From a virus: a DNA stretch of 64,000 nucleotides. The position numbers and the translations under genes were made by a program. This document shows positions 1 to 8,844 of the stretch, in pieces. Location of the stretch: positions 5,321 to 69,320 of the IMG/VR virus record IMGVR_UViG_2814123150_000002. One strand, 5' to 3'. A model generated the notes under the pieces. The model was not told where the DNA came from and ran no database searches. It worked only from the letters and a program-made list of their open reading frames with translations. Position 1 is the stretch's first letter, and every line of letters starts with the position of its first letter.

Positions 1-34
1 TATAACGCCGGACCATTTCACAGGAGGGAACCTC

Positions 35-205
35 ATGAAACGCACCGTCATCGGCGCAATCCTTGTCGCCGTCTCTGCGCTGTCGCTGAGCGGATGCTTT
101 GACTCAGAAGACGAGCAGAAAGCTAAGGCGCAGCAGGAATCCAGTGACAAGCTCTGGGACATCCCTAAGCCAGATCGGAGCAAGGACAAGGGCTTCACGC
201 CCTGA
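35..205 (+). CDS. Small lipoprotein (56 aa), exclusion-lipoprotein-like
   Basis: Read by hand: MKRTVIGAILVAVSALSLSGCFDSEDEQKAK..., lipobox LSGC, RBS AGGAGG; paralogue at 54162-54329. Confidence 0.8.
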   Translation: MKRTVIGAILVAVSALSLSGCFDSEDEQKAKAQQESSDKLWDIPKPDRSKDKGFTP

Positions 206-279
206 TTTTTCTGCTGCCATCGACGCCGCCGATATAGGGCGGCGTTTTCGTTTAAGAGCTGGCAGGCAGCGCCGGAGTG

Positions 280-903
280 TCAGGGGCAGTTGTTCGCGCC
301 GCAGTTCTGGCAGTCGTTGAGGAATCGGCCGTCCCAGCTGATGAAGCGTCCGCAGCCGTGGCAATTGAGCGGTCGCTCCCAAGGCTTGCGTTGCTTTCGA
401 GGAACCACCAGTTCAATGCCGGTACCTTGCAGGGCCTCTTTGATATTCACATCCCGCTTGTGTACCAGGCGCCGTGCCTTGGCTTCTAGGTAAGCCAATG
501 GCCAGATCACTGCTTCCTCTGGGGTGTTGCCGATTGCCTCAGCCGCATCAAGGGTGAGGTGATGTGCCTTCTCGAACCGGAAGGTGTGGCCTATTGGCCA
601 TCTGGCCAGGGCAATGTCGTTCCCGTTCCAGTGACCTGGGATCTGCAGGACAACGGTGCAACCTGGGGTCAGCTGGTTGCGGGCTTCGTCCAGGCAGATG
701 TACTGATGGTCTACACCGAGGTGTGCGCGGGCGTCTACGTAGTCCTTCGGCCATGGAACGTCTGTTTCCCGGTGGCCACAGGCCTGCTCCTGGGTGAACA
801 GTTCGGCCTTGTCGAGGCTGGTGGTGTATCCGCCGCCCAAGGCCCAGAACATCAGGCCATCACCAACATCGCTACGACTGTCCTGCAGGTAGAACTGGGT
901 CAT
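280..903 (-). CDS. Hypothetical phage protein with C-terminal CxxC..CxxC zinc ribbon
   Basis: ORF 280..990, likely start MTQFYL; CHGC...CQNC. Confidence 0.75.
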   Translation of the reverse strand: MTQFYLQDSRSDVGDGLMFWALGGGYTTSLDKAELFTQEQACGHRETDVPWPKDYVDARAHLGVDHQYICLDEARNQLTPGCTVVLQIPGHWNGNDIALARWPIGHTFRFEKAHHLTLDAAEAIGNTPEEAVIWPLAYLEAKARRLVHKRDVNIKEALQGTGIELVVPRKQRKPWERPLNCHGCGRFISWDGRFLNDCQNCGANNCP

Positions 904-1017
904 GGCTTTCTCCATGCATGCGCCGCCCTCCGTGGCCGGATGCGGCATGGTGGCAATTTGATCTCGAAAAGGATAGATTCCGCTTGCCATTGACGGCGTT
1001 ACGGAACGGGTTAAGAG

Positions 1018-1746
1018 ATGGATAAAATACTTCTGACAGCATTTTTGACAGCTTTGGCTGGCTTTATCACAGCTGCTCTAAGCATCGTCAAGTTGGTTAA
1101 TGAGAAAGAAAGTAAAACAACTGAGTATCGTCAGGCTTGGACCGAATCAGTGCGATCAGCTTTGGCTGAACTTATTGCTAAGATAACGTCCCAGGCTAGT
1201 ACGCTTGTGGCTGTTAGAAAGACGCTCGGGCAAATGAATAAGAGTCCAAGGGACGAGAAAGAGCCAAGCGAGTACGAAAAAGAGTTAAGGAAAGATATCG
1301 CGGATTTCCAAAGAAAGTTATTCAAAGATAGTGCGGATGCAAGCAACTTGCTTACGCAAGAGATTCATCATGCTTACGCTAAAGTTCGCTTGCATTTTAA
1401 GCCAGACGATCAAAGTTTCAGTCGTATCGAGAATAAGTTTGAATTTTGTATGGGTAAGCTTGAGGAGCTCAAGAAAGAGGTCCAGACGGAAAAGTTGGGG
1501 GCGATTAAGGAACAGGTTCATAGCGCTGCAAATGAGATTACGGCATTTTCACGAAACATTCTCAAAGTTGAGTGGGAAACAGTGAAGCTCGGAGAACCTG
1601 CTTACAAAAGAACAAAAAAATGGTCGATCTGGATCTGTGTGATTATGTTTTTCCTGCTGGTCACCATTGGCGTGCATGCCGGAATTTCGTACGTCAAAGT
1701 TAGCGCAAAGCCGAATGAATCACCTATGTCGATGAGCACAAAATAG
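1018..1746 (+). CDS. Moron membrane protein (N- and C-terminal TM helices)
   Basis: 242 aa, AT-rich, opposite strand to the surrounding operon. Confidence 0.8.
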   Translation: MDKILLTAFLTALAGFITAALSIVKLVNEKESKTTEYRQAWTESVRSALAELIAKITSQASTLVAVRKTLGQMNKSPRDEKEPSEYEKELRKDIADFQRKLFKDSADASNLLTQEIHHAYAKVRLHFKPDDQSFSRIENKFEFCMGKLEELKKEVQTEKLGAIKEQVHSAANEITAFSRNILKVEWETVKLGEPAYKRTKKWSIWICVIMFFLLVTIGVHAGISYVKVSAKPNESPMSMSTK

Positions 1747-1868
1747 CACCGCCTGAAGACTACTTCGATTTAGATAGTCTTCCTTGGATGCCCTTGTGGC
1801 CAGCTACATTCCCTACACCTTGACTGCAGCGCCACCCTTCACTCGATGCAGGGTGGCGCATTACTAAC

Positions 1869-2684
1869 TCATTTCGAGTCAAAACTGCCCAGCGCTAGCT
1901 TGGCCGTACCACCTACCTTGCGCTCCAGCACCTCCTTGAACTCCTGAGCAATTGCTTCGCGCTGCGCTTCCTCGCCCAGCCAGCGCAGTTTCAGCTGCGG
2001 TTGCGAACCGCTGGTGATGACAGACATGCGCAGGCGGATGGTCTGCTCGCCCAAGCCTTCAAACGGGATGACCTTGAAGTCGAGCCAGGCTGGCAGGGTT
2101 TCCTTACTGCTGGCCTCAATCGAGTCCATGGCGCTGCGGCTGGCGCGAGTTTCGCTGACCGCGTGATCGCTCTCGGACGACGCCTTGACGGTGATGGTGC
2201 GCACGGCAGCGATGGCTTTGGCGATCGTCATACCGGCGCCGTCTTCGTCGGTGGCGGTCAGGTGCTGGTGCCAGTCTTCGATCCAGTCGCTCATGGACTT
2301 CTGCGCCAGGGGCTGACCACATACGGCCTGCACGGCGGCGAACGCAGCGGAAGGCTTGAGACGCAGCACGGCGCGGTCATCAGCGTGGCCAGGCTGGCCT
2401 GGTGTGCCGAGGTTGAACAGCACGGTGCAGCTCATGGCGTCCTGATCGATGAAGCCGCGGGCGTCTGGCGCTGCGCGCTCGACCACATAGGCGCCGAAGT
2501 CGACCAGAGAGTGGGTGGAGTAGGTGCCACGGAAGCGGTTGCGGCCTTCTTGGTACCGTTCCAGGTCAACCACGTTGAAATGCTGCGGCACCACAACAAC
2601 CGGGCCTAATGCGGGAAGGTCTCGGCCGGCGGCGGCAATGGTGGTTTCTTGGATGAGTTCTAGCGCTTCTTTAGTGAGGGACAT
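1869..2684 (-). CDS. DUF2303 (YfdQ-like) phage protein
   Basis: RNRFRG..., F/W-IEDW, IPFEGL motifs typical of the family. Confidence 0.8.
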   Translation of the reverse strand: MSLTKEALELIQETTIAAAGRDLPALGPVVVVPQHFNVVDLERYQEGRNRFRGTYSTHSLVDFGAYVVERAAPDARGFIDQDAMSCTVLFNLGTPGQPGHADDRAVLRLKPSAAFAAVQAVCGQPLAQKSMSDWIEDWHQHLTATDEDGAGMTIAKAIAAVRTITVKASSESDHAVSETRASRSAMDSIEASSKETLPAWLDFKVIPFEGLGEQTIRLRMSVITSGSQPQLKLRWLGEEAQREAIAQEFKEVLERKVGGTAKLALGSFDSK

Positions 2685-2711
2685 GCGGATTTTCCTTGGT
2701 GGGGGTAGGGA

Positions 2712-3059
2712 TCAAGTACGCGGATGGATCGGAGCTTCATCACGGTTGAAGAGCTGGTCGTGTTTCTCGGGGAACAGCGAAATGTTGCCGCCGGTACCGA
2801 CGTACATCGGCGTGTCCAAGCTGGTGTTTTCGCTGCGATCACCGCGCTTGGTGGGCACCTTGTAGGCCAGCTTGTGCTTGATCTTCACCTGGTGGGAGTC
2901 ACCGATCTGGCTGAAGTCCAGAGTGATGGTGATCTTGCCGGCCTTGCCGTGATCGACCACGCCGGCGGCTACTTCTGAGAGGGCGTGGCCGATCTGGCTG
3001 GCGAATGCGCCGCCGTTAAGCTCCTGTAGGAACTCGGTAGTGTCTGTAGGTTTTGGCAT
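2712..3059 (-). CDS. Conserved phage protein usually paired with DUF2303
   Basis: MPKPTDTTEFLQELNGGAF...DTPMYVGTGGNISLF. Confidence 0.75.
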   Translation of the reverse strand: MPKPTDTTEFLQELNGGAFASQIGHALSEVAAGVVDHGKAGKITITLDFSQIGDSHQVKIKHKLAYKVPTKRGDRSENTSLDTPMYVGTGGNISLFPEKHDQLFNRDEAPIHPRT

Positions 3060-3147
3060 TGCTGATGCTCCGAGAGGACAAGGCCGCTGGGCGGCAGGTT
3101 GATGTACTGCTGGCGCCGGCCGTGCCGAACGCGTGAGGTGATGCGCT

Positions 3148-3606
3148 TCATGCTGCTTTCTGCTGACTCCATGCGCCGACGGCGGCAAAAATCTTTGCGG
3201 CCTCTGCCTCGTCGAGCGTCGTATCGGTAGGGATGGCGATCCAGCCGGCGGCTACCAGGTGATTAGGGTTGACTGTTGCCCGCAGGTCTGTGTAGGTCGC
3301 CTGAATCACATCGGTGAGATGTTCAGCCCTGTAGTTACCTTGGGGCGCGACCTCAATCGATTTGTGGTACCGCTCGCCGAACTCAGTGCGACATAACACG
3401 CTGAGGTAAATGGTCCAGCGGTGAGGGATATCGCAGACGGCGTCTACGATCTGTCGGACGCGGATCTGCTTGAGGTTCTTCCAGTTGATCAGCACCTGCT
3501 GGCCGCTTGGGTCGATGTTCACCACGGCGGCATGGTTTGCTGACACCAGGGCGCGGCAGGTTCGATCCAACCGGGCCCGCATGTTGTGAGGCTTGCGCTT
3601 GCTCAT
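3148..3606 (-). CDS. Hypothetical phage protein
   Basis: MSKRKPHNMRAR..., overlaps the upstream stop. Confidence 0.75.
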   Translation of the reverse strand: MSKRKPHNMRARLDRTCRALVSANHAAVVNIDPSGQQVLINWKNLKQIRVRQIVDAVCDIPHRWTIYLSVLCRTEFGERYHKSIEVAPQGNYRAEHLTDVIQATYTDLRATVNPNHLVAAGWIAIPTDTTLDEAEAAKIFAAVGAWSQQKAA

Positions 3607-3863
3607 TGCCGCAGGCCTTTGCTTGTAGCGCCGGCTTCCATCGCAGAGGCGAAGCGCAGCGCCGCTTGGTACGTGAACGCGAAGCCCTGAACCGTCCCCG
3701 TAGCCGAGTCGACTACATCCCAAGCCTGGCCCTGGCTGGCGACTTGGAAGCGGGGCGCGCCAAGCTTTTCGCGAGCCTCGGCCCGAACAATTTGAGCGCG
3801 CTCGAGCAGGGCGGCGAGCACGGCCAACTTTTCCTGAAACGCAGGATGCATAGCAGTTCGCAT
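3603..3863 (-). CDS. Hypothetical phage protein
   Basis: MRTAMHPAFQEK..., RBS GAGG. Confidence 0.65.
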   Translation of the reverse strand: MRTAMHPAFQEKLAVLAALLERAQIVRAEAREKLGAPRFQVASQGQAWDVVDSATGTVQGFAFTYQAALRFASAMEAGATSKGLRQ

Positions 3864-3879
3864 AGAGTGATCCTCGAGG

Positions 3880-4263
3880 TTAGGCGTGAAGTTCGAGAAC
3901 ATCGGCGCGGCGGACAACTCGAACTTGGGCGGTGCGGCGCTCGGGAGCGCGGCGGTCCCGGCGCATGGGGTCGCTGTCGTTAATGGCAGCATGCATGGCG
4001 ATGAGGCCGGCCAGCACGATGCAGAGTGGGCTGATGAGCTGCTGGCGCATGGCTTTGGTGACCGCCTCGATGCGCCGCCCGGCCTCCAGCTTGAACAGTG
4101 CAGCCTCGATACGGTTGGCCACGGTTCCAGGGGTGACCGCCATCTGCCGCGCGATCTCTTTGGTGGTCAGGCCCTGGGCAACCCAGAGCAGTGCTTCCAG
4201 CTCGCGAGGTGCCAGCGTCTTGCCGAGCTGGCCTGTCCATGAGCCGCATGTGATCTTTTCCAT
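3880..4263 (-). CDS. LuxR-type HTH transcriptional regulator
   Basis: LAPRELEALLWVAQGLTTKEIARQMAVTPGTV motif. Confidence 0.85.
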   Translation of the reverse strand: MEKITCGSWTGQLGKTLAPRELEALLWVAQGLTTKEIARQMAVTPGTVANRIEAALFKLEAGRRIEAVTKAMRQQLISPLCIVLAGLIAMHAAINDSDPMRRDRRAPERRTAQVRVVRRADVLELHA

Positions 4264-4598
4264 GAATGACCTCAGCAACCGCATTGGTCAGGCGTCAGGG
4301 CGGGTGACCAACCCCCTGCGCAGCCGAGGAGCGCGGGCCTGGCGCCTGCCTAATGCGGTCGTATGTGAAGGGAAGGGGATGCGGGATGCATCGGAGATTG
4401 ATCGGAACACCAGGGCGCTACTCCTGCTTGGTTCCCGCCGCGTTTCTGGTATTGGCCGTCTCGCATATACCGGCTCAGGAGGTTCACGGGTCTTTGCGAT
4501 CCTCGCGTTGCAGCTCGCTTGAGCACGCTCCGATCAATCTCCAATGCATCCTGCGATGGGGAGCAGGGCATCGGGCCGTCTTTCCGGCTGTCAGGGAA

Positions 4599-4904
4599 TC
4601 AAATGACTGCCGTTAGCGTCCGAGTGCCATCGGCGTGCTGCGTGACGATATTCATACCGATGTGATGGGGTGCGCTTTTCTGAATCACCACCGCCGCCTT
4701 GCTGAAGCGCTCATCGAAAGCGCCTTCATCATCAGGCAGGTGAGAGGTACAGGTCAGGCGGGAGCAGTCTTCGCCGTTCGGGCCTTCACCGTCGTGGGCG
4801 ATGTTGAAGCTGGCGATCATTGCAATGCCATGCTCACGGCAAATACCGATGATGTTCTGCATCAGCGGGCTGATTTGCTCGTCGTAGATTTCTTCTTTGT
4901 TCAC
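4599..4904 (-). CDS. Hypothetical phage protein
   Basis: 101-aa ORF, GTG start with GAGG RBS. Confidence 0.7.
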   Translation of the reverse strand: MNKEEIYDEQISPLMQNIIGICREHGIAMIASFNIAHDGEGPNGEDCSRLTCTSHLPDDEGAFDERFSKAAVVIQKSAPHHIGMNIVTQHADGTRTLTAVI

Positions 4905-4967
4905 GGTGATGCCCTCGGGTTGATTTACCCTATGGCCCTGTCGCCAAGGCCAGCCAGTGAAATCAAA

Positions 4968-5147
4968 TCAGGCAGCAAGCTCGGCTTGAGCCGCGATTCG
5001 CTCCTGAATCTCTTGGCGGTGCACCGATACGTCCTTCGGTGCCTCGATACCTATACGCACTTGGTTGCCCTTAACCTGCAGCACCGTTACTCGAATCGTG
5101 TCGTTGATCACAATGGTTTCGCCCACTTTGCGGGTCAGTATCAGCAT
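4968..5147 (-). CDS. csrA: Carbon storage regulator CsrA/RsmA homologue
   Basis: [47 protein letters not shown] signature. Confidence 0.95.
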   Translation of the reverse strand: MLILTRKVGETIVINDTIRVTVLQVKGNQVRIGIEAPKDVSVHRQEIQERIAAQAELAA

Positions 5148-5625
5148 GGTCCTACTCCTTGGTTGGTTTCCCGTCTGGCCCTCGTGAGAAGGCCAGCCAG
5201 TGAAACCGTGCTCGAGGTCCACCACCGATGGCTTCACCCGATCTTCTGTCTGGCCTAGAGCTTCCCTGGTCACCTCGCTTTGATCGGCCTTAGCGGGGTG
5301 GTCATGGGGTTAGGTATTCGCTACACGACTGCCAGCTGCAGCTCGGCTAGGGCAGCTCGTCGTGGGTTGCCGGTCCGTATTCCGGCTGGGCTTGTCACTT
5401 CATTGGCAGGTTCCTCCTATGGTTTTTGATCCGCGCCATGCTCGTCGCCGGGTATCCCCACCACTGCCTGCTGCAGCTACTGGCTACGCATCAGGTGGCT
5501 CGCATGGTTTGGCGTCCTCCCATGGGGGAGTCCGGCAGCTATCCAGAGGCTGCATGGTCGACGACTTAGCTTGTCCCGACCCAGGTTATGGCCTGGGTGC
5601 GTCGAGGTGGTCACGTCTGGTTGTG

Positions 5626-5634
5626 TAAAGAGCG
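5626..5634 (-). promoter_or_regulatory. boxA (CGCTCTTTA) of a nutL-like site, followed by hairpin CCCAGG-ccataa-CCTGGG (5580-5597)
   Basis: Match to the lambdoid boxA consensus just downstream of the left operators. Confidence 0.7.
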
Positions 5635-5686
5635 GCGGTCGGTAATGACATTGGCAGTCGGAGGTGCGTGACGGCATGAAAATAAA

Positions 5687-5728
5687 TTTAGCCCCAAGCT
5701 AAAGAATCGTCAATAGCTCAAAGCTAAA
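5687..5728. promoter_or_regulatory. OL operators (TTTAGC-N5-GCTAAA)
   Basis: tttagccccaagctaaa 5687-5703 and aatagctcaaagctaaa 5712-5728; same motif at OR. Confidence 0.8.
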
Positions 5729-5820
5729 TTTCTTTAGCCATGCGTGAAGATACCTGACGCAAAAAAATCGCCACGCGGTCTTTACGCTCGATTTAGCAGT
5801 GAGATAAGCTCCCTAAATCC

Positions 5821-5836
5821 CTGTACGAATATACAG
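5821..5836 (+). promoter_or_regulatory. LexA (SOS) box
   Basis: CTGTacgaatatACAG upstream of the DUF1654 gene. Confidence 0.8.
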
Positions 5837-5852
5837 TAACCAAGGAGGGATA

Positions 5853-6179
5853 ATGACCAAGCACAAGAAGACTTCACCGCATGCGCGCGAAGAGATGACT
5901 GGCGTTGAACGGCTCGGCCTGCGGGTCTCATCGATGATCAATCACCCAATTGCGCAGTCGCAGCGCTGGGTGACGATCCATCGCCTGGACACGGATGGAG
6001 ATATGGAGTGGGAGGAGGTAATGGGGCTGCTGGTTGAAACGCCTGAGCTGGACCTAACGTTCAACGATGACGATAGCGTTACGGTGCGGTGGGAGGCTCG
6101 GAGCCTAGGGGATCGCGACGACCTGGTGGTGGACAGGGACTGGGAGGAGCAAAAGCTTGAGGAAGACGCGCCATTTTAG
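5853..6179 (+). CDS. DUF1654 family protein
   Basis: ERLGLRVSSMINHP...VTIHRLDTD..W motif; RBS AGGAGG. Confidence 0.75.
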   Translation: MTKHKKTSPHAREEMTGVERLGLRVSSMINHPIAQSQRWVTIHRLDTDGDMEWEEVMGLLVETPELDLTFNDDDSVTVRWEARSLGDRDDLVVDRDWEEQKLEEDAPF

Positions 6180-6189
6180 TTGTTGAAAG

Positions 6190-6211
6190 GAAGCCCGCTA
6201 TGAAGCGGGCT
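6190..6211. terminator. Hairpin terminator between convergent genes
   Basis: AGCCCGCT-atga-AGCGGGCT. Confidence 0.6.
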
Positions 6212-6223
6212 CGTCATGATTGC

Positions 6224-7354
6224 TCAAAGGGACCCCGTGGACCGCTGCTTTTGCTCTGCAGTACAGGTATCCTGATTTTGGAAGCTGTAGACCAACGCCA
6301 AATACCCCTTGTCTCTTCCCTCCGCAAGCGTCATTAGCATGATGCTTTGCACATCACTTTTTAGTGGCGAGGACTGAGTGGATCTCCAATCAGCGCTTAG
6401 TGATCGGTCCTTTTTGAAGAGCCCAGTCATCCAGTCGCGGGATTCGTTCCAGATGCTACCTGGGAGCAGCGCATCGAAGACTTTGGGTTCACCGTATACG
6501 GTGGCCAGCGATTCTTTAAGGCTATTAAACTCACTTTTGAGCTGCGTGCCATAATCGTTGGTGCGTATCGTTTTGCTTACAGCCCTGATTTGGCACAGCC
6601 CGACAGTAGGCGAGATGACTATGCCGTACTCGTGAAAAGCATCATTTGGCTTGGGCGGTGATTCCAGCTCGTATAGGCTCTGGGCTTCGTCTGCCAAAGT
6701 CAGCTGCCTGCCAGTCATCTTTTCAATTACATCTTTGCTAAGCCCGGCCTGAAGGCCGAAGGGACCATTGCCAGCGGGCAGTTCAGGAGCAGGCGTTGCA
6801 ACAACCTTCTCGGCCTCTTTGGCCTCAGGAGCTTCCTTCGCAGGTAGGGCAGGCGATGGCAGGACGATACCGTACTTAGCAGATAGATATCGTTGCTCAA
6901 GCATCGCCAATGTTTGTTCTTTGGTAGCGACGGACATCGCCTTCATCGCTCCTACCAGCCCGCCTGAGCCAGCAGCATCTGTCCTAGATCTGGCGAGATC
7001 ATCATGCGCGACAGATATCTCTCCCTCCAACTCCTTTGCTAGCTCTAGGTCGGGAGTGACAACCTGCGTAATTTGTTTTATTGGAGCACCGGCTTCGACT
7101 GCATTGATGCGCTGCTGGAGCAGACTTACATTTGCTCCCAATATTTCTATACGAACTCCAATAAGAGCTTTCAGCATGCCACCTGTAAGTGCGTCGTCTT
7201 TAGCCTTCGCGCTGCTGAGGTCCGCCTGAGCGGAATTGAGCTCCCTACGAAGGCTTTCAATGAGCGCCCTTTCATCGGGGCTGAGCTCCTTCTTGAAGCA
7301 TCCAGAAGTCATGACCGCTATGACGATCAGTAATGCAGCTCCTACTTTGCTCAT
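6224..7354 (-). CDS. Immunity-region lipoprotein (coiled-coil N-terminus, globular C-terminus)
   Basis: Lipobox TSGC; located between OL and cI. Confidence 0.8.
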   Translation of the reverse strand: MSKVGAALLIVIAVMTSGCFKKELSPDERALIESLRRELNSAQADLSSAKAKDDALTGGMLKALIGVRIEILGANVSLLQQRINAVEAGAPIKQITQVVTPDLELAKELEGEISVAHDDLARSRTDAAGSGGLVGAMKAMSVATKEQTLAMLEQRYLSAKYGIVLPSPALPAKEAPEAKEAEKVVATPAPELPAGNGPFGLQAGLSKDVIEKMTGRQLTLADEAQSLYELESPPKPNDAFHEYGIVISPTVGLCQIRAVSKTIRTNDYGTQLKSEFNSLKESLATVYGEPKVFDALLPGSIWNESRDWMTGLFKKDRSLSADWRSTQSSPLKSDVQSIMLMTLAEGRDKGYLALVYSFQNQDTCTAEQKQRSTGSL

Positions 7355-7469
7355 GACCAACTCCATGAAAAGAGGTGATCCTATCATCATGGCGATCAGC
7401 TATCACTCCGGATTAATTTCGACTTGAGTCATATCCTCTCGCACCACCGCGCATCCGATTTATCTCCAA

Positions 7470-7620
7470 TTAGCCGCGAGGGCCACCAGCTTCACCAAGG
7501 GTGACATCCTCAAGGCGAAAGTTCGCAGAGTCCAGTCGGTTTGAGTAGACAGGTTCAAGGCTGGGTATACCGTCCCAAGGTATTGCAGCACCGCAAAACA
7601 GCTGTGCAGCCTCCCATCAT
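7470..7620 (+). pseudogene. Degenerate C-terminal gene fragment (FTKGDILKAKVRRVQ...KVLQHR)
   Basis: Protein-like reading interrupted by a stop and a frameshift. Confidence 0.35.
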
Positions 7621-7982
7621 CTGGCAGATCCTGATCACTGCCGATGCGTCATGCCCGTTCCGGCCTGGCTCAAACTGTGAGCCTCATCCTCAAGCCTTGT
7701 AACAGTGATCCAGCAATACCAGCCCAACCACCATAATTAACACGCACAGGGCGAATAACTCTGGACTGACTACTGGCTTATGATCCGAGCCTCCGCTCAG
7801 ACAAGAAAGGTCAGCGCCGTCAAACGTCACCGCGAGAAGCCCTAGAAGGTCGACAAGCCACGCTTTAGTCCAAAGTCAAACCTTCGCCACTCAGCCATTT
7901 GGATCCATCCGCACTCAAAATCCGTTGTATCGCATAGCAGCCCTTGGGGCCAAGTCAGGGCTGATCCTGACATGGTGCACGT

Positions 7983-8825
7983 CTAGACCAGATGCGCATT
8001 CCACACTAGGAGTACCCGGGCCTGGATATAGGTCTCGTCAACCCGGATATCCTCTGGCGGATGATTTGTGTTATCCGAAATCATCTTGAAATGGTCACGA
8101 CCTTTTTTCTGCAGGCGCTTGATGTACTGATGACCCTGGTGGGAGAAGAAGTAGATCCCGTCACCCACGAACTCACGGATGCTGATGTCAACGACCAGCG
8201 GGTCACGGCTCTTGATGGTGGGTGCCATCGACTGACCCACACCTGTTATGAGTTTCAGATGGAAATGCTCTTTGAAATCCACTCCCATCTCACGTAGGTG
8301 AGTAGGGCTGACGCGGATGTCCTGCAGCATTTCAGGGAAGTCGTGAGCTACCTCGCCATCGCCCATTGCACCGCGTACGTCGTAGTGCGCGATCCATACC
8401 TCATCGCCAATCTGGCCAGGGCGATTGAATTCTGCCCTCACGACTCCGTCGTCATTGAGAGCAGCCGGAGTGGCTTGGTCCTCAGCCGCAGCCAGTAACC
8501 TTTTACGAGTCTCTTCCGGGATACCTTTGCCGCTATTGGCGAGCATTTGCTTGACCAAATCCGCAGCAGACAACTTGCTGTCTACAGCATCCACAGCCGA
8601 TTTCATTTCGTCGATCGGAGGGAGCGAGTCAAACCAGCCTCGTCCCAAGCCTTCGATCTCCTCAATTCGACGCGCTACGTCGTCACCGAGATTCTTTGCG
8701 GTCTTGTGCGAGAGGATCTGGCTAAGGTGCGCAGGGGCCATGCCCCATCGCTCCGCACAGGCCCCTTTCCTCTGGTTGCCGATCAATTTGACCAGGTTGT
8801 GTTTGCGAATTTCATAGATATCCAT
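7983..8825 (-). CDS. cI: CI-like repressor with S24 peptidase domain
   Basis: N-terminal HTH; GAMG cleavage-like site; GQSMAPTI and YIKRLQ catalytic motifs. Confidence 0.92.
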   Translation of the reverse strand: MDIYEIRKHNLVKLIGNQRKGACAERWGMAPAHLSQILSHKTAKNLGDDVARRIEEIEGLGRGWFDSLPPIDEMKSAVDAVDSKLSAADLVKQMLANSGKGIPEETRKRLLAAAEDQATPAALNDDGVVRAEFNRPGQIGDEVWIAHYDVRGAMGDGEVAHDFPEMLQDIRVSPTHLREMGVDFKEHFHLKLITGVGQSMAPTIKSRDPLVVDISIREFVGDGIYFFSHQGHQYIKRLQKKGRDHFKMISDNTNHPPEDIRVDETYIQARVLLVWNAHLV

Positions 8826-8844
8826 CGCGACAAGCATGCCAGCG

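Noticed and set aside
4275..5640. tRNA genes or a named riboswitch/ribozyme (HDV-like, c-di-GMP) in the pL leader
   Set aside because: No cloverleaf or T-loop consensus found and only partial resemblance to these RNA families; kept as unclassified structured RNA.
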